A stretch of 64,000 nucleotides of DNA from Arcobacteraceae bacterium (GTDB lineage Bacteria > Campylobacterota > Campylobacteria > Campylobacterales > Arcobacteraceae): assembly GCA_963662945.1 (NCBI GenBank), contig OY759974.1, positions 1,984,001-2,048,000 on the forward strand, read 5' to 3'. Below the pieces are notes generated by a model that saw only the letters and a program-made list of their open reading frames with translations, made no database searches and had not been told where the DNA came from. The first letter of the stretch is position 1. Each line of letters opens with the position of its first letter. Below, piece after piece: positions 40,025 through 49,690 of this stretch. The position numbers and the translations under genes were made by a program.

Positions 40025-40990
40025 CTATTTTGTCATATCTTCTGCCATCTCTAACAAACTTTGTTTAATGGCATATTTACTACTATTAACATAATCAATA
40101 GTTACAAATTCAAATTTTCCATCTTTATGGACTATTACTAATCCCTCTTTGCAGTTTTCATTTATAAGTTTATCTACAGCATAAGTTACAAACTCAACCG
40201 CCATAAGTCTATCATATACCGTTGGATTTCCACCTCTTTGTATATGTCCTAAAATTGTAGCACGAGTTTCAATACCTACTTCGTGTTCTAGCCACGCTAC
40301 AAGTTCTTGAGTTTTTTTTGTTCCTTCTGCTACAACTGTTACAATATATTTTCTCCCTAAAGCAATTTGATTTTTGAGTTTTTTTGCAAGAGAGTCTAAA
40401 TCTGTTTCAAGTTCTGGTATAACACACACTTCAGCTCCACAAGTTATAGCAGAAATAAGTGCCAAATAACCACAATCTCGTCCCATAGTTTCAATAACAC
40501 AACCTCTTTTAAAAGAAGCAGAGGTATCTCTTATAGCATCAGTTGCACCTCTTATGATATTTAAAGCTGTATCAACACCCAGACAATAATCTGTACCAAA
40601 GATATCATTATCAATAGTAGAAGGTATCCCTACAAAAGTAACTCCAAAATCTTTATAAAACTGATTTAATGCTCGAAATGAACCATCGCCACCTAAGATG
40701 ATAAGTTTATCTACACCGTGCGACTGCAAATTTTCAAATGCTTGTTTACGATACTCATACTCAAAAAATCTTTTTGAACGAGAAGAACGTAACATTGTTC
40801 CACCCTCATGCATAATACCAGCTACATCTTCATGAGTTGCAGCTTTGATATTTCCATCAATTAAACCCTCTAACCCATCGTAAATGATATAAGGTTGAAT
40901 ATTGTTATTAAAACAATGATCAACAAAATGTTTTATAGCAGGATTCATCCCTGCACAATCTCCACCAGACGTTAATATAGCTATTGACAT
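40025..40990 (-). CDS. pfkA: ATP-dependent 6-phosphofructokinase
   Basis: LTSGGDCAGMN, GGDGS, PSTIDND, ETMGR, LGHIQRGG. Confidence 0.95.
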   Translation of the reverse strand: MSIAILTSGGDCAGMNPAIKHFVDHCFNNNIQPYIIYDGLEGLIDGNIKAATHEDVAGIMHEGGTMLRSSRSKRFFEYEYRKQAFENLQSHGVDKLIILGGDGSFRALNQFYKDFGVTFVGIPSTIDNDIFGTDYCLGVDTALNIIRGATDAIRDTSASFKRGCVIETMGRDCGYLALISAITCGAEVCVIPELETDLDSLAKKLKNQIALGRKYIVTVVAEGTKKTQELVAWLEHEVGIETRATILGHIQRGGNPTVYDRLMAVEFVTYAVDKLINENCKEGLVIVHKDGKFEFVTIDYVNSSKYAIKQSLLEMAEDMTK

Positions 40991-41030
40991 ATTTTTGAAC
41001 CTTTATATAATATTTTAAAATCTTATAATT

Positions 41031-41058
41031 GTAGCTTGTAGTATAACATACAAGCTAC
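41031..41058 (-). terminator. intercistronic hairpin between gap and pfkA
   Basis: GTAGCTTGTA-N8-TACAAGCTAC perfect 10-bp stem; weak U-tract on the coding strand. Confidence 0.55.
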
Positions 41059-41073
41059 CATATTTTTCTAATA

Positions 41074-42069
41074 TTATTTTGTTCCTACAAATTTAACCAT
41101 ATCAACAAGTCTTGAACTATATCCCCACTCATTATCATACCAAGCAAGTACTTTTACAGTTTTCCCATCAACTACACTTGTCATATCAGGAACAAATGTT
41201 GAGCTGTAAGTACTTCCTATAAAGTCACTTGAAACTCTTTTATCATTATCAACTTCTATTAAACCTTTAAAAGTATTTTCACTAGCTTTTTGAATAGCTT
41301 CATTGATAGTTTCTTTTGTTACCTCTTTTGTTAGATTTACAGTTAAATCTACTACTGAAACATCAGCAGTTGGAACTCTCATAGCATAACCATTTAGTTT
41401 TCCTTGAAGATTTGGCATAACAAGACCAATAGCTTTTGCTGCACCAGTTGTTGTTGGTATCATATTAATTGCAGCTGCTCTAGCTCTTCTTTTATCTGAT
41501 TTATGTTTTACATCTAAAATATTTTGGTCATTTGTATATGAGTGAATAGTTGTCATCAGACCATTTATAATTCCAAACTCTTCATCTAATACTTTACAAA
41601 TTGGAGCTAAACAGTTTGTAGTACAAGATGCATTTGAAATAATCTCTTCACCTTTATATGAATCTGTGTTGATATTTAATACATAAGTAGGAGTATCATC
41701 TTTTGCAGGGGCAGACATAACGACTTTCTCAACACCATCTTTTAAGTATGCTTTACATTTTTCTGTTGTTAAAAATGCTCCTGTACACTCTATAACAACT
41801 TTAGCACCACAAGCACCAAAAGCTAAATCTTCAGGATTTCTTGAAGAGAATATTTTCACATCTTTTCCATTGATTTTCATTGTAGTATCATTAATGATTT
41901 GAGCATCAACACCTTTATGTACTGAATCATATTTTAATAAATATTGTAACATATCCATATCAGCTGTTGTATTAAGTGCTACTAATTCTAAATCATCTCT
42001 TTGAGTAACTATTTTTGTTACTATTAGACCTATTCTTCCTGTTCCATTGATTGCTACTTTTAATGCCAT
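41074..42069 (-). CDS. gap: type I glyceraldehyde-3-phosphate dehydrogenase
   Basis: INGTGRIG, SNASCTTNCL, PTTTGAAKA, WYDNEWGYS. Confidence 0.97.
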   Translation of the reverse strand: MALKVAINGTGRIGLIVTKIVTQRDDLELVALNTTADMDMLQYLLKYDSVHKGVDAQIINDTTMKINGKDVKIFSSRNPEDLAFGACGAKVVIECTGAFLTTEKCKAYLKDGVEKVVMSAPAKDDTPTYVLNINTDSYKGEEIISNASCTTNCLAPICKVLDEEFGIINGLMTTIHSYTNDQNILDVKHKSDKRRARAAAINMIPTTTGAAKAIGLVMPNLQGKLNGYAMRVPTADVSVVDLTVNLTKEVTKETINEAIQKASENTFKGLIEVDNDKRVSSDFIGSTYSSTFVPDMTSVVDGKTVKVLAWYDNEWGYSSRLVDMVKFVGTK

Positions 42070-42097
42070 TGTTTGTCCTTATAAAATTTATTTGAAG

Positions 42098-42129
42098 ATT
42101 GTAGAACAGTTTTATTTCTATTTGATTAC
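42098..42129 (-). promoter_or_regulatory. Pho-box-like promoter of gap-pfkA-pyk
   Basis: GTAATC-aaata-GAAATA-N9-TACAAT. Confidence 0.62.
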
Positions 42130-42152
42130 ATATTCTACACATTACTTATCAT

Positions 42153-42184
42153 GTAATCAAATTGTATCTTGAAATACCTATACT
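42153..42184 (+). promoter_or_regulatory. Pho-box-like promoter of fbaA-eno-pyk
   Basis: GTAATC-aaatt-GTATCT-N9-TATACT. Confidence 0.68.
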
Positions 42185-42214
42185 TTTGTATAAACATTAT
42201 AAAGGTGAGATTGT

Positions 42215-43279
42215 ATGGGATTATTAAATATTGTAAAAAGTGGTGTTATTACAGGTAATGATGTAAAAAAAGTTTTTGATTATGCAAAAGAGAATAATTT
42301 TGCAATACCTGCTATTAATGTAATAGGAAGTGAATCAATCAATGCAGTTCTTGAAGCGGCAAGTATCGTAAAAGCACCTGTAATTATCCAGTTTAGCAAT
42401 GGTGGTGCTAAATTTAACAGTGGAAATATACAAAGTAGTCAAGCAGATGTTATAGGTGCAATTGCTGGTGCAAAACATATTCATCAAGTGGCACAGTATT
42501 ACAATGTACCAGTTATAATTCATACAGATCATGCTTCAAAGAAACTTTTACCTTGGATAAATGCACTTATTCATGAGAGTCAAAAATATTTTGAAGCTAC
42601 AGGAAAAACACTTTTTTCTTCTCATATGTTAGATTTAAGTGAAGAGAGTTTGGAAGAGAATATTGAAATATCTTCTCAATATTTACAAAAAATGTCAAAA
42701 CTTGGTATGACTTTAGAGATAGAGTTAGGAATTACAGGTGGTGAAGAAGATGGAGTTGATAACAGCGAAGCAGATAGTAATGCTTTATATACTCAACCAA
42801 GTGAAATATGTTATGCCTATGAAAAACTATCAAAAATATCTCCAAACTTTACCATAGCAGCAAGTTTTGGAAATGTGCACGGTGTATATAAACCAGGGAA
42901 TGTAAAACTTCGACCACAAATACTTGATGACAGTCAAAAATATATCAAAGATACATTAGGGATAGAGACAAAACCTGTGAACTTTGTATTTCATGGTGGA
43001 AGTGGAAGTAGCATAAGTGATATAAAAGATGCAATAAGTTTTGGTGTAGTGAAAATGAATCTTGATACCGATATGCAATGGGCATTTTGGGATGGAGTGC
43101 GTGCTTATGAAAAAGAACATCATGCGTATCTACAAGGACAAATAGGAAATCCAAGTGGGGAAGATGCACCAAATAAAAAGTATTATGATCCACGAAAATG
43201 GTTAAGAGCAGGGCAGGAAAGTATGGTAAAAAGAGCTATAGAAGCTTTTGAAAATTTAAATTGTACAAATAGATTATAA
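42215..43279 (+). CDS. fbaA: class II fructose-bisphosphate aldolase
   Basis: [46 protein letters not shown]. Confidence 0.97.
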   Translation: MGLLNIVKSGVITGNDVKKVFDYAKENNFAIPAINVIGSESINAVLEAASIVKAPVIIQFSNGGAKFNSGNIQSSQADVIGAIAGAKHIHQVAQYYNVPVIIHTDHASKKLLPWINALIHESQKYFEATGKTLFSSHMLDLSEESLEENIEISSQYLQKMSKLGMTLEIELGITGGEEDGVDNSEADSNALYTQPSEICYAYEKLSKISPNFTIAASFGNVHGVYKPGNVKLRPQILDDSQKYIKDTLGIETKPVNFVFHGGSGSSISDIKDAISFGVVKMNLDTDMQWAFWDGVRAYEKEHHAYLQGQIGNPSGEDAPNKKYYDPRKWLRAGQESMVKRAIEAFENLNCTNRL

Positions 43280-43289
43280 GGAGTTTACA

Positions 43290-44567
43290 ATGAGTGGAAT
43301 AATTACAGATATAAATGCATTAGAGATATTAGATAGTAGAGGCAATCCAACAGTAAGAGTTTATGTAGAGTTAGAATGTGGTATTGTAGCATCTGCTTCA
43401 GTTCCAAGTGGTGCAAGTACAGGTGCCAACGAAGCTTTGGAATTAAGAGATGGTGATATGAAAAGATATGGTGGAAAAGGTGTGTTAAAAGCTGTTTCAA
43501 ATGTACAATCTATTATAGCACCAGAACTTATAGGTATGAATGTATTGGAACAAAGTGAGATAGATTTTGCAATGATTGCACTTGATGGTACACCGAATAA
43601 ATCAAAACTTGGAGCAAATGCTATCTTAGGTGTTTCTATGGCTGTTGCAAAAGCTGGTGCTATGTATAGTGATATGCCTTTATACAGATATCTAGGTGGA
43701 AGTAATGTAAGACGAATACCAGTACCATGTATGAATATTTTAAATGGTGGAAGTCATGCAGATAATAGTGTTGATATTCAAGAATTTATGGTTGTCCCAC
43801 ATGGAGCTCCTTCTTTTAGTGAAGGGTTACGATATGCTACTGAAACATTTCATGAGTTAAAAAAACTTTTAAGTGCTAAAGGAAAAGCTACAAGTGTTGG
43901 AGATGAGGGTGGCTTTGCACCAAATCTTGATAGCAATGAAGAAGCTATGGAACTTATAGTAGAAGCTATAAAAAATGCTGGATATAAACCTGGAAGTGAT
44001 ATAAGTTTAGCACTTGATAGTGCAGCTAGTGAATTTTTAGCTGCAAATAGTTCAAATATCTATGATTTAAAATGGTCACATGGCGGGATAAAAACAAGTG
44101 ATGAGATGATTGAAATGGCAAAAAACTGGTGTGAAAAATATCCTATTATTTCTTGGGAAGATCCACTCGCAGAAAATGATTGGGAAGGATTTTCAAAGTT
44201 CACAAAAGAGTTTGGAGATAAAATAGAAGTTGTTGGAGATGATTTATTTGTTACAAATACAAAATATGTAGAAAGAGGTATTAGACAAAAAAGTGCAAAC
44301 TCTGTTTTGATTAAATTAAATCAAATAGGAACAGTAACAGAAACTATAGATACTATTAGAATGTGTAAAGATGTAGGTTGGAGAACATTTATCTCACATC
44401 GTTCTGGAGAAACAGGAGATACTTTTATAGCAGACTTTGCTGTAGCTTTTGATGCTGGACATATAAAAACAGGTTCTGCAAGCAGAAGTGAAAGGATAGA
44501 AAAGTATAATAGACTTTTAGAAATAGAAGCACAACTTGGAGCATCAGCTCAATACTTTTGGAAATAG
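43290..44567 (+). CDS. eno: enolase
   Basis: [47 protein letters not shown]. Confidence 0.97.
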   Translation: MSGIITDINALEILDSRGNPTVRVYVELECGIVASASVPSGASTGANEALELRDGDMKRYGGKGVLKAVSNVQSIIAPELIGMNVLEQSEIDFAMIALDGTPNKSKLGANAILGVSMAVAKAGAMYSDMPLYRYLGGSNVRRIPVPCMNILNGGSHADNSVDIQEFMVVPHGAPSFSEGLRYATETFHELKKLLSAKGKATSVGDEGGFAPNLDSNEEAMELIVEAIKNAGYKPGSDISLALDSAASEFLAANSSNIYDLKWSHGGIKTSDEMIEMAKNWCEKYPIISWEDPLAENDWEGFSKFTKEFGDKIEVVGDDLFVTNTKYVERGIRQKSANSVLIKLNQIGTVTETIDTIRMCKDVGWRTFISHRSGETGDTFIADFAVAFDAGHIKTGSASRSERIEKYNRLLEIEAQLGASAQYFWK

Positions 44568-44579
44568 GATATATAAAGA

Positions 44580-46001
44580 ATGAGAAAAACAAAGATTGTA
44601 GTAACACTAGGGCCAGCAACTGATAGTTTAAAAATGATAGAAAAACTTATTAAAAAAGGGGTAAATGTATTTAGATTAAACTTTTCACATGCTACTCATG
44701 AATACCATCAAGAGGTTGCAAAAAGGATACGAAAAGCATCGCAAAATGTAAATAAAGAAGTAGCAATCCTTCAAGATATTGCAGGTCCAAAGATACGAAT
44801 ATCTCATTTAAAAAAGCCAATAGAGTTAAAAATAGGGGATATACTTACTTTGACTAAAGATAAAATAGATGAAGATAAAAAAATAGTAAGTTTGAGTTAT
44901 CCAATTATTATAGATAGTCTTAAAGTTGGGGAGCCAGTTTATTTTTCAGATGGAACAATTCGAGCTAAAGTAGTAGAAAAAAATGCAGATGAGGTAAAGT
45001 GTGAAATAATAGTAGCCCAAACACTTCAATCAAAAAAAGGGATGAATCTTCCTAAGTCAAAACTGGCTATTAAGTCAATTACACAAAAAGATAAAGAGGA
45101 TTTAGCTTTTGGTGCAAAGATTGGGGTTGATATAGTTGCATTGTCTTTTGTAAGTAACAAAGAGGATATACAAGATGCAAAAGATATTTTAGAACAACAC
45201 AATTCAAATCCACTTATTTTTGCAAAAATAGAGAAAAAAGAGGCTATTGAAAATATCAAATCTATTTTAAAAGCAGCAGATGGAATTATGGTGGCACGAG
45301 GTGATTTAGGGGTAGAGTTAGGACTAAAAAAAGTTCCACTAATCCAAAAGAAAATTATAGCCCAAGCTTTAAAAATGGGAAAACCAACTATAACAGCAAC
45401 ACAAATGTTAACTTCAATGATAAATTCACACTATCCTACACGTGCAGAGATATCTGATGTGGCAAATGCAGTTTTAGATGGAAGTGATGCTGTTATGTTA
45501 AGTGATGAAACAACTATAGGAAAGTATCCTTTAAGTGCCGTAGAAGTTTTAAATGAAACTATAATTGAAACAGAAAAAGCATATCCATATTATCAAGATA
45601 CAGACCATGTTTCATCAGATGATTCAATTGCAGCAGCAGTTACAACACTAGCAAAAAATATCAAACCTGATGCACTTATAGCTTTTACGCGAGCTGGAAG
45701 AAGTGCTATGTCTATGGCAAAATTTAGACCAAGAGCAAAAATTCTTGTAAGTAGTTATGACTTAAGAACTTTACGAAAATTGCAACTTGTATGGGGAATA
45801 GAGGGTATTTATCTTTCTCATAAATTAAATGATGCTGATGAATTAATCAAAAGCTTTTTAACTTGGGCATTAAAGAAAAAACATATTAGTAAAAATAAAA
45901 AATATGTATTAACGATTGGTTCACCAATAAATGTGAAACACTCTACAAATGATATACGAATATTGGAAAACGAGAGTATGGAGTATATTTTAGGGAAATA
46001 A
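44580..46001 (+). CDS. pyk: pyruvate kinase
   Basis: RKTKIV.TLGP, RLNFSH, AKIE, MVARGDLG, ATQML.SM, PTRAE..DVANA. Confidence 0.96.
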   Translation: MRKTKIVVTLGPATDSLKMIEKLIKKGVNVFRLNFSHATHEYHQEVAKRIRKASQNVNKEVAILQDIAGPKIRISHLKKPIELKIGDILTLTKDKIDEDKKIVSLSYPIIIDSLKVGEPVYFSDGTIRAKVVEKNADEVKCEIIVAQTLQSKKGMNLPKSKLAIKSITQKDKEDLAFGAKIGVDIVALSFVSNKEDIQDAKDILEQHNSNPLIFAKIEKKEAIENIKSILKAADGIMVARGDLGVELGLKKVPLIQKKIIAQALKMGKPTITATQMLTSMINSHYPTRAEISDVANAVLDGSDAVMLSDETTIGKYPLSAVEVLNETIIETEKAYPYYQDTDHVSSDDSIAAAVTTLAKNIKPDALIAFTRAGRSAMSMAKFRPRAKILVSSYDLRTLRKLQLVWGIEGIYLSHKLNDADELIKSFLTWALKKKHISKNKKYVLTIGSPINVKHSTNDIRILENESMEYILGK

Positions 46002-46064
46002 TTACTTGATAAGTTTTATTGCTGTATTATTGAAATTGTAATTTTGATGATAAAGGAGTAATTG

Positions 46065-46619
46065 ATGAAAAAAGTTATTTTAGGATTGTCTGTTTTAAGT
46101 GTTTTAGCATTTGCTAATCAAGATGTAAAAGAAACAGCAAAGAAAAGTATGATGATGTTAGGTTCAACTTTAAAAGGTGAGTTGCAAACAAAATTTAAGG
46201 AAGATCCATCTGGAATGGCTGCGATTGATTATTGTTCAAATCAAGCACAAACTATCACTGATGAGGTAAATGCAAAGTTAGGTGAGGGTGTAAGGGTGAG
46301 AAGAACAGCTTTAAAATATAGAAATGATGCAAATGAACCATCAATACAAGATATTGAAGTGATGCAAAAATTTCAAAAAGATATTGAAGTTGGGAAAAAG
46401 AGTCCTAAAACTATGATGAAAATAGTTGAAACAGATAAAAAAACTTATGTATATAAAGCACTTGCAGTTGAAAAACCATGTTTAAAATGTCACGGAGATG
46501 TAGCTAAAATGGATAAAAATATCTTAGGTAAGATTGATGAAAGATTTCCTTATGATAGAGCAAGAAATTTTGCTTTAGGTGATTTTAGAGGGGCAATAGT
46601 TGTTGAGATAAACAAATAA
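46065..46619 (+). CDS. periplasmic monoheme c-type protein (DUF3365/Tll0287-like)
   Basis: Signal peptide, AI..C, RRTALKYRN..N.P, CLKCH, YP.D.A-like motif, G..RGA. Confidence 0.8.
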   Translation: MKKVILGLSVLSVLAFANQDVKETAKKSMMMLGSTLKGELQTKFKEDPSGMAAIDYCSNQAQTITDEVNAKLGEGVRVRRTALKYRNDANEPSIQDIEVMQKFQKDIEVGKKSPKTMMKIVETDKKTYVYKALAVEKPCLKCHGDVAKMDKNILGKIDERFPYDRARNFALGDFRGAIVVEINK

Positions 46620-46643
46620 ATCTACTTTTTAAAAAGTAGATTT
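46618..46643. terminator. bidirectional palindrome at convergent stops
   Basis: AAATCTACTTTTT-AAAAAGTAGATTT perfect 26-bp palindrome. Confidence 0.65.
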
Positions 46644-47465
46644 AACTCTTGCTATCTCTTCTTTTGAACCAAAGTAGATTGGTGTTTTTTGATGTAATGA
46701 TGGAGATTTTATATCTAAGATTCTCTTTTTCCCATCTATAGCTTCACCGTTTGCAAGTTCAATGATAAATGAGATAGGAAATGCTTCAAAGATAACTTCT
46801 AAAGTTCCATCTATATTTGATGTAGTTGCGGGACTTGAATAAATTCCACCTTTTTTAAATAAAATCTGATGAGTATCAAGACATAGTGAGTTACTTACTC
46901 GAAGACGATAACCTTCGTTGAAAAAACTGTCTAAGAGTGCTTTATGTTCTACACTAAATTCATTTGCTTTTCCAGCTGTTGAGTTGATTTTTCCTTTTGA
47001 TTGTAATTCCAATGGATCTTGTTGGATAAATTCTCCATGTTCATTTGAGAAGTATTTTACCCCTTCATTTTTTGAAGCAAATACAAGTTGGAAAGTTGGA
47101 CCATAAGTGATATAAATAGCAGCTTTTAGTTTATCTGCTTCAAATTCATTTTCATAGATACCAAAAATACTTCCAAGAGAAAAGTTTAAATCAAGAAGTT
47201 CAATATTATCAATAGCTACACAACTTACAAGGTATTTTCCATTTTCATTGATACTACAAAATTGTTTTTTATTTTTTCCAATGATACCTTTGACACTTTT
47301 GAGGTATTCAAATTCTTTTTCTATAACTTGTAAACAATATTCTTGTATATCTTCGTGTATCTCTTTTTCTGTTTTTGTTTCGTCAGTAAAGTTACTGTAA
47401 TTTATAAAAACATTTTTCTCAATTTGATTTGCAATATTGGTTATTGCATTATAAACTTCTATCAT
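46629..47465 (-). CDS. class I fructose-1,6-bisphosphatase homolog with degenerate active site
   Basis: GSIFGIY, KGKIN, EGYRLR, DTHQIL..GGI, FEAFP, HQKTPIYFGS match FBPase I; SEE, DPLDGS and KLR motifs replaced. Confidence 0.8.
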   Translation of the reverse strand: MIEVYNAITNIANQIEKNVFINYSNFTDETKTEKEIHEDIQEYCLQVIEKEFEYLKSVKGIIGKNKKQFCSINENGKYLVSCVAIDNIELLDLNFSLGSIFGIYENEFEADKLKAAIYITYGPTFQLVFASKNEGVKYFSNEHGEFIQQDPLELQSKGKINSTAGKANEFSVEHKALLDSFFNEGYRLRVSNSLCLDTHQILFKKGGIYSSPATTSNIDGTLEVIFEAFPISFIIELANGEAIDGKKRILDIKSPSLHQKTPIYFGSKEEIARVKSTF

Positions 47466-47484
47466 CTATATTTGCCTTTTTTTA

Positions 47485-47654
47485 AGCACTATACTGTGTT
47501 AAGTTTTACTTAAGATTAAAGAAAATAGCTTTAGTAGTTAAGTTCCATATCTTCATCTTTGAAGATACTTATCCTTCAAATACTGGATTTTTATCTTCAA
47601 ATCACGCGTAATTTTTTTGTTAATCTTAAGTAAAAATTAACACAGAATAGTGCT
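47485..47654. repeat. 170-bp element with 34-bp terminal inverted repeats (MITE-like)
   Basis: 47485-47518 AGCACTATACTGTGTTAAGTTTTACTTAAGATTA vs reverse complement of 47621-47654: 32/34 identical. Confidence 0.75.
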
Positions 47655-47679
47655 ACTTTTTTATATGCCGCAATTATAA

Positions 47680-49284
47680 CTAAAAGAGGCTTGTAACAAT
47701 TTTTTGTGCATCACTTTGGATAGTTTTTAAGTGTTCCTCATTTATAAAACTCTCCGCATATATTTTATAAACATCTTCAGTCCCAGAAGGTCTTAATGCA
47801 CACCAGCCATTTTGAGTATTGATTTTAAGTCCTCCAATTTTTGCACCATTTGAAGCAGTTGTTAAAATAGAAGTTATCTTTTCTCCTGCAAGTGTATCTG
47901 CTTTTATATCTTCACTTACAAGATTTTTAAGTCTATTTTTTTGCTCACTATTTGCAGGTGCATCAATTCTAGCATAGATAGGTTTTCCATGTTTTTTTAT
48001 AAGATTTTCGTAGTAAATCCCTGGGTCACTTTTTGTTTTTGCTAGTATCTCAGCAGAGAGTAGATTTAAGATAATTCCATCTTTATCTGTAGTCCAAGGT
48101 TTTTTATCAAATCGTAAAAAACTAGCCCCAGCACTCTCTTCACCACCAAAGAAAACCTGACCATCAATAAGAGGTTTAACAAACCATTTAAACCCAACTG
48201 GCGTTTCAAAAAGTTCTTTGTTATTATCAAGGGCAACTCTATCTATCATAGAACTACTTACAAGAGTTTTTCCAATCCCCAAACCGTCAAAGTCTCTGTT
48301 TCTTGAAAGATAATCTATAGCAACACTTAAGTAGTGGTTTGGATTTAATAAACCTACACTTTTTGTCACTATACCATGTCTATCAAAATCTGTATCATTT
48401 CCAAAAGCTATATCAAACTTATCTTTATATTCTATAAGTCCTGCCATAGCATAAGGGCTTGAACAATCCATACGGATTTTCCCATCTTTATCACAGTGCA
48501 TAAATGAAAATGTAAAATCAACAGAGTCATTAAATGTAGTAATATTTAAATTATATGCTTTGGCAATTGCTTCATAATATTTTAAACCACTTCCACCCAT
48601 ACAATCAGCACCAATCTTGATATTTGATTGAGCAATAAGTTCCATATTTATAACATTTTTCAAATCTTTTACATAAGGTGTCATAAAATCATACTCTTGG
48701 ATACATTTCTGTTTAATAGCTTCATCAAAATCAAGATACACTACACCTTGTAAATCATTTAAGAGATATTCATTTGCTTTGTTTTCTATCCAAGTTGTGA
48801 TATCTACATCTGCTGGACCTCCGTCAAGTCCATTGTATTTAAAACCACCATCACAAGGTGGATTATGTGATGGAGTGATAACAATTCCATCACTACCTTT
48901 TTTATTTAAAATAGCATGAGAAATAACAGGAGTAGGGGTATACTCGAAATTTGCAGCATAACATACCTCTACATCATTTGCAGCTAATACTTGAAGTGCT
49001 GTTTTGTGTGCTGGAGTTGATAGTGCATGAGTATCCATCCCTATAAATAAAGTCCCTGTAATATTGTGTGCTTTTCTATAATCAACAACTGCTTGTGTTA
49101 CAGCTAAGATATGTGCTTCATTAAAACTATTTTTTAAGCTACTTCCTCTATGCCCTGAAGTTCCAAATGCTATTTTTTGTGTTTCATCTTCACAATTTGG
49201 AAAGTTTGTATAGTAACAACTTATCAATTCTGCAATATTTTCTAAAATCTCTTTTGGCGCAATTTTCCCAGCATTACTATTCAT
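47680..49284 (-). CDS. pgm: phosphoglucomutase (alpha-D-glucose-phosphate specific)
   Basis: FGTSGHRG, ITPSHNPP, NDTDFDRHG, PVGFKWF, GEESAG, RPSGTE. Confidence 0.95.
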   Translation of the reverse strand: MNSNAGKIAPKEILENIAELISCYYTNFPNCEDETQKIAFGTSGHRGSSLKNSFNEAHILAVTQAVVDYRKAHNITGTLFIGMDTHALSTPAHKTALQVLAANDVEVCYAANFEYTPTPVISHAILNKKGSDGIVITPSHNPPCDGGFKYNGLDGGPADVDITTWIENKANEYLLNDLQGVVYLDFDEAIKQKCIQEYDFMTPYVKDLKNVINMELIAQSNIKIGADCMGGSGLKYYEAIAKAYNLNITTFNDSVDFTFSFMHCDKDGKIRMDCSSPYAMAGLIEYKDKFDIAFGNDTDFDRHGIVTKSVGLLNPNHYLSVAIDYLSRNRDFDGLGIGKTLVSSSMIDRVALDNNKELFETPVGFKWFVKPLIDGQVFFGGEESAGASFLRFDKKPWTTDKDGIILNLLSAEILAKTKSDPGIYYENLIKKHGKPIYARIDAPANSEQKNRLKNLVSEDIKADTLAGEKITSILTTASNGAKIGGLKINTQNGWCALRPSGTEDVYKIYAESFINEEHLKTIQSDAQKIVTSLF

Positions 49285-49300
49285 TTTGATAATCCTTTTT

Positions 49301-49690
49301 TTAATTCATTGTTTTATAAAGTGCGGAATATTTTTCTACATCTTCTCTTGAGGGTTTTCTTCTGCATGACATATAACATTGTTCACCAGCTTCATTTTTA
49401 TAAGGATATACTGTAGCAAATACCCAATAGTATCCGCCACTTTTTGTTGCATTCTTTACAAACCCATGCCATACTTTATCACTTTGAATAGTATCCCATA
49501 AATCTTTAAATGCTAGCTTAGGCATATCTTTATGCCGTACAATATTATGCGGTTTTCCTAAAAGTTCATCCAATGAATATTCAGCAATTTTGCAAAACTC
49601 ATCATTTGCAAAGATTATATTCCCTTTTGCATCTGTTTCACTCACTACAAAAGAGTTGTCATCTAAAATTGTTTCTTGATCTTGAGCCAT
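49301..49690 (-). CDS. stand-alone PAS protein (CetB/Aer-like)
   Basis: SETD.KG.I.FAN..F, GKPHNIVRH.DMP..AF..LW..I, VKN..K.G.YYWV. Confidence 0.87.
   Translation of the reverse strand: MAQDQETILDDNSFVVSETDAKGNIIFANDEFCKIAEYSLDELLGKPHNIVRHKDMPKLAFKDLWDTIQSDKVWHGFVKNATKSGGYYWVFATVYPYKNEAGEQCYMSCRRKPSREDVEKYSALYKTMN

Noticed and set aside
46629-47465. Calling the fbp-like gene a pseudogene or a functional fbp
   Set aside because: No stop or frameshift, so not a pseudogene; catalytic motifs are absent, so no fbp symbol was given
47485-47654. 6S RNA or tRNA call for the long inverted repeat
   Set aside because: The size is compatible with 6S but the arms are near-perfect and no conserved 6S or cloverleaf features were recognisable; needs Infernal
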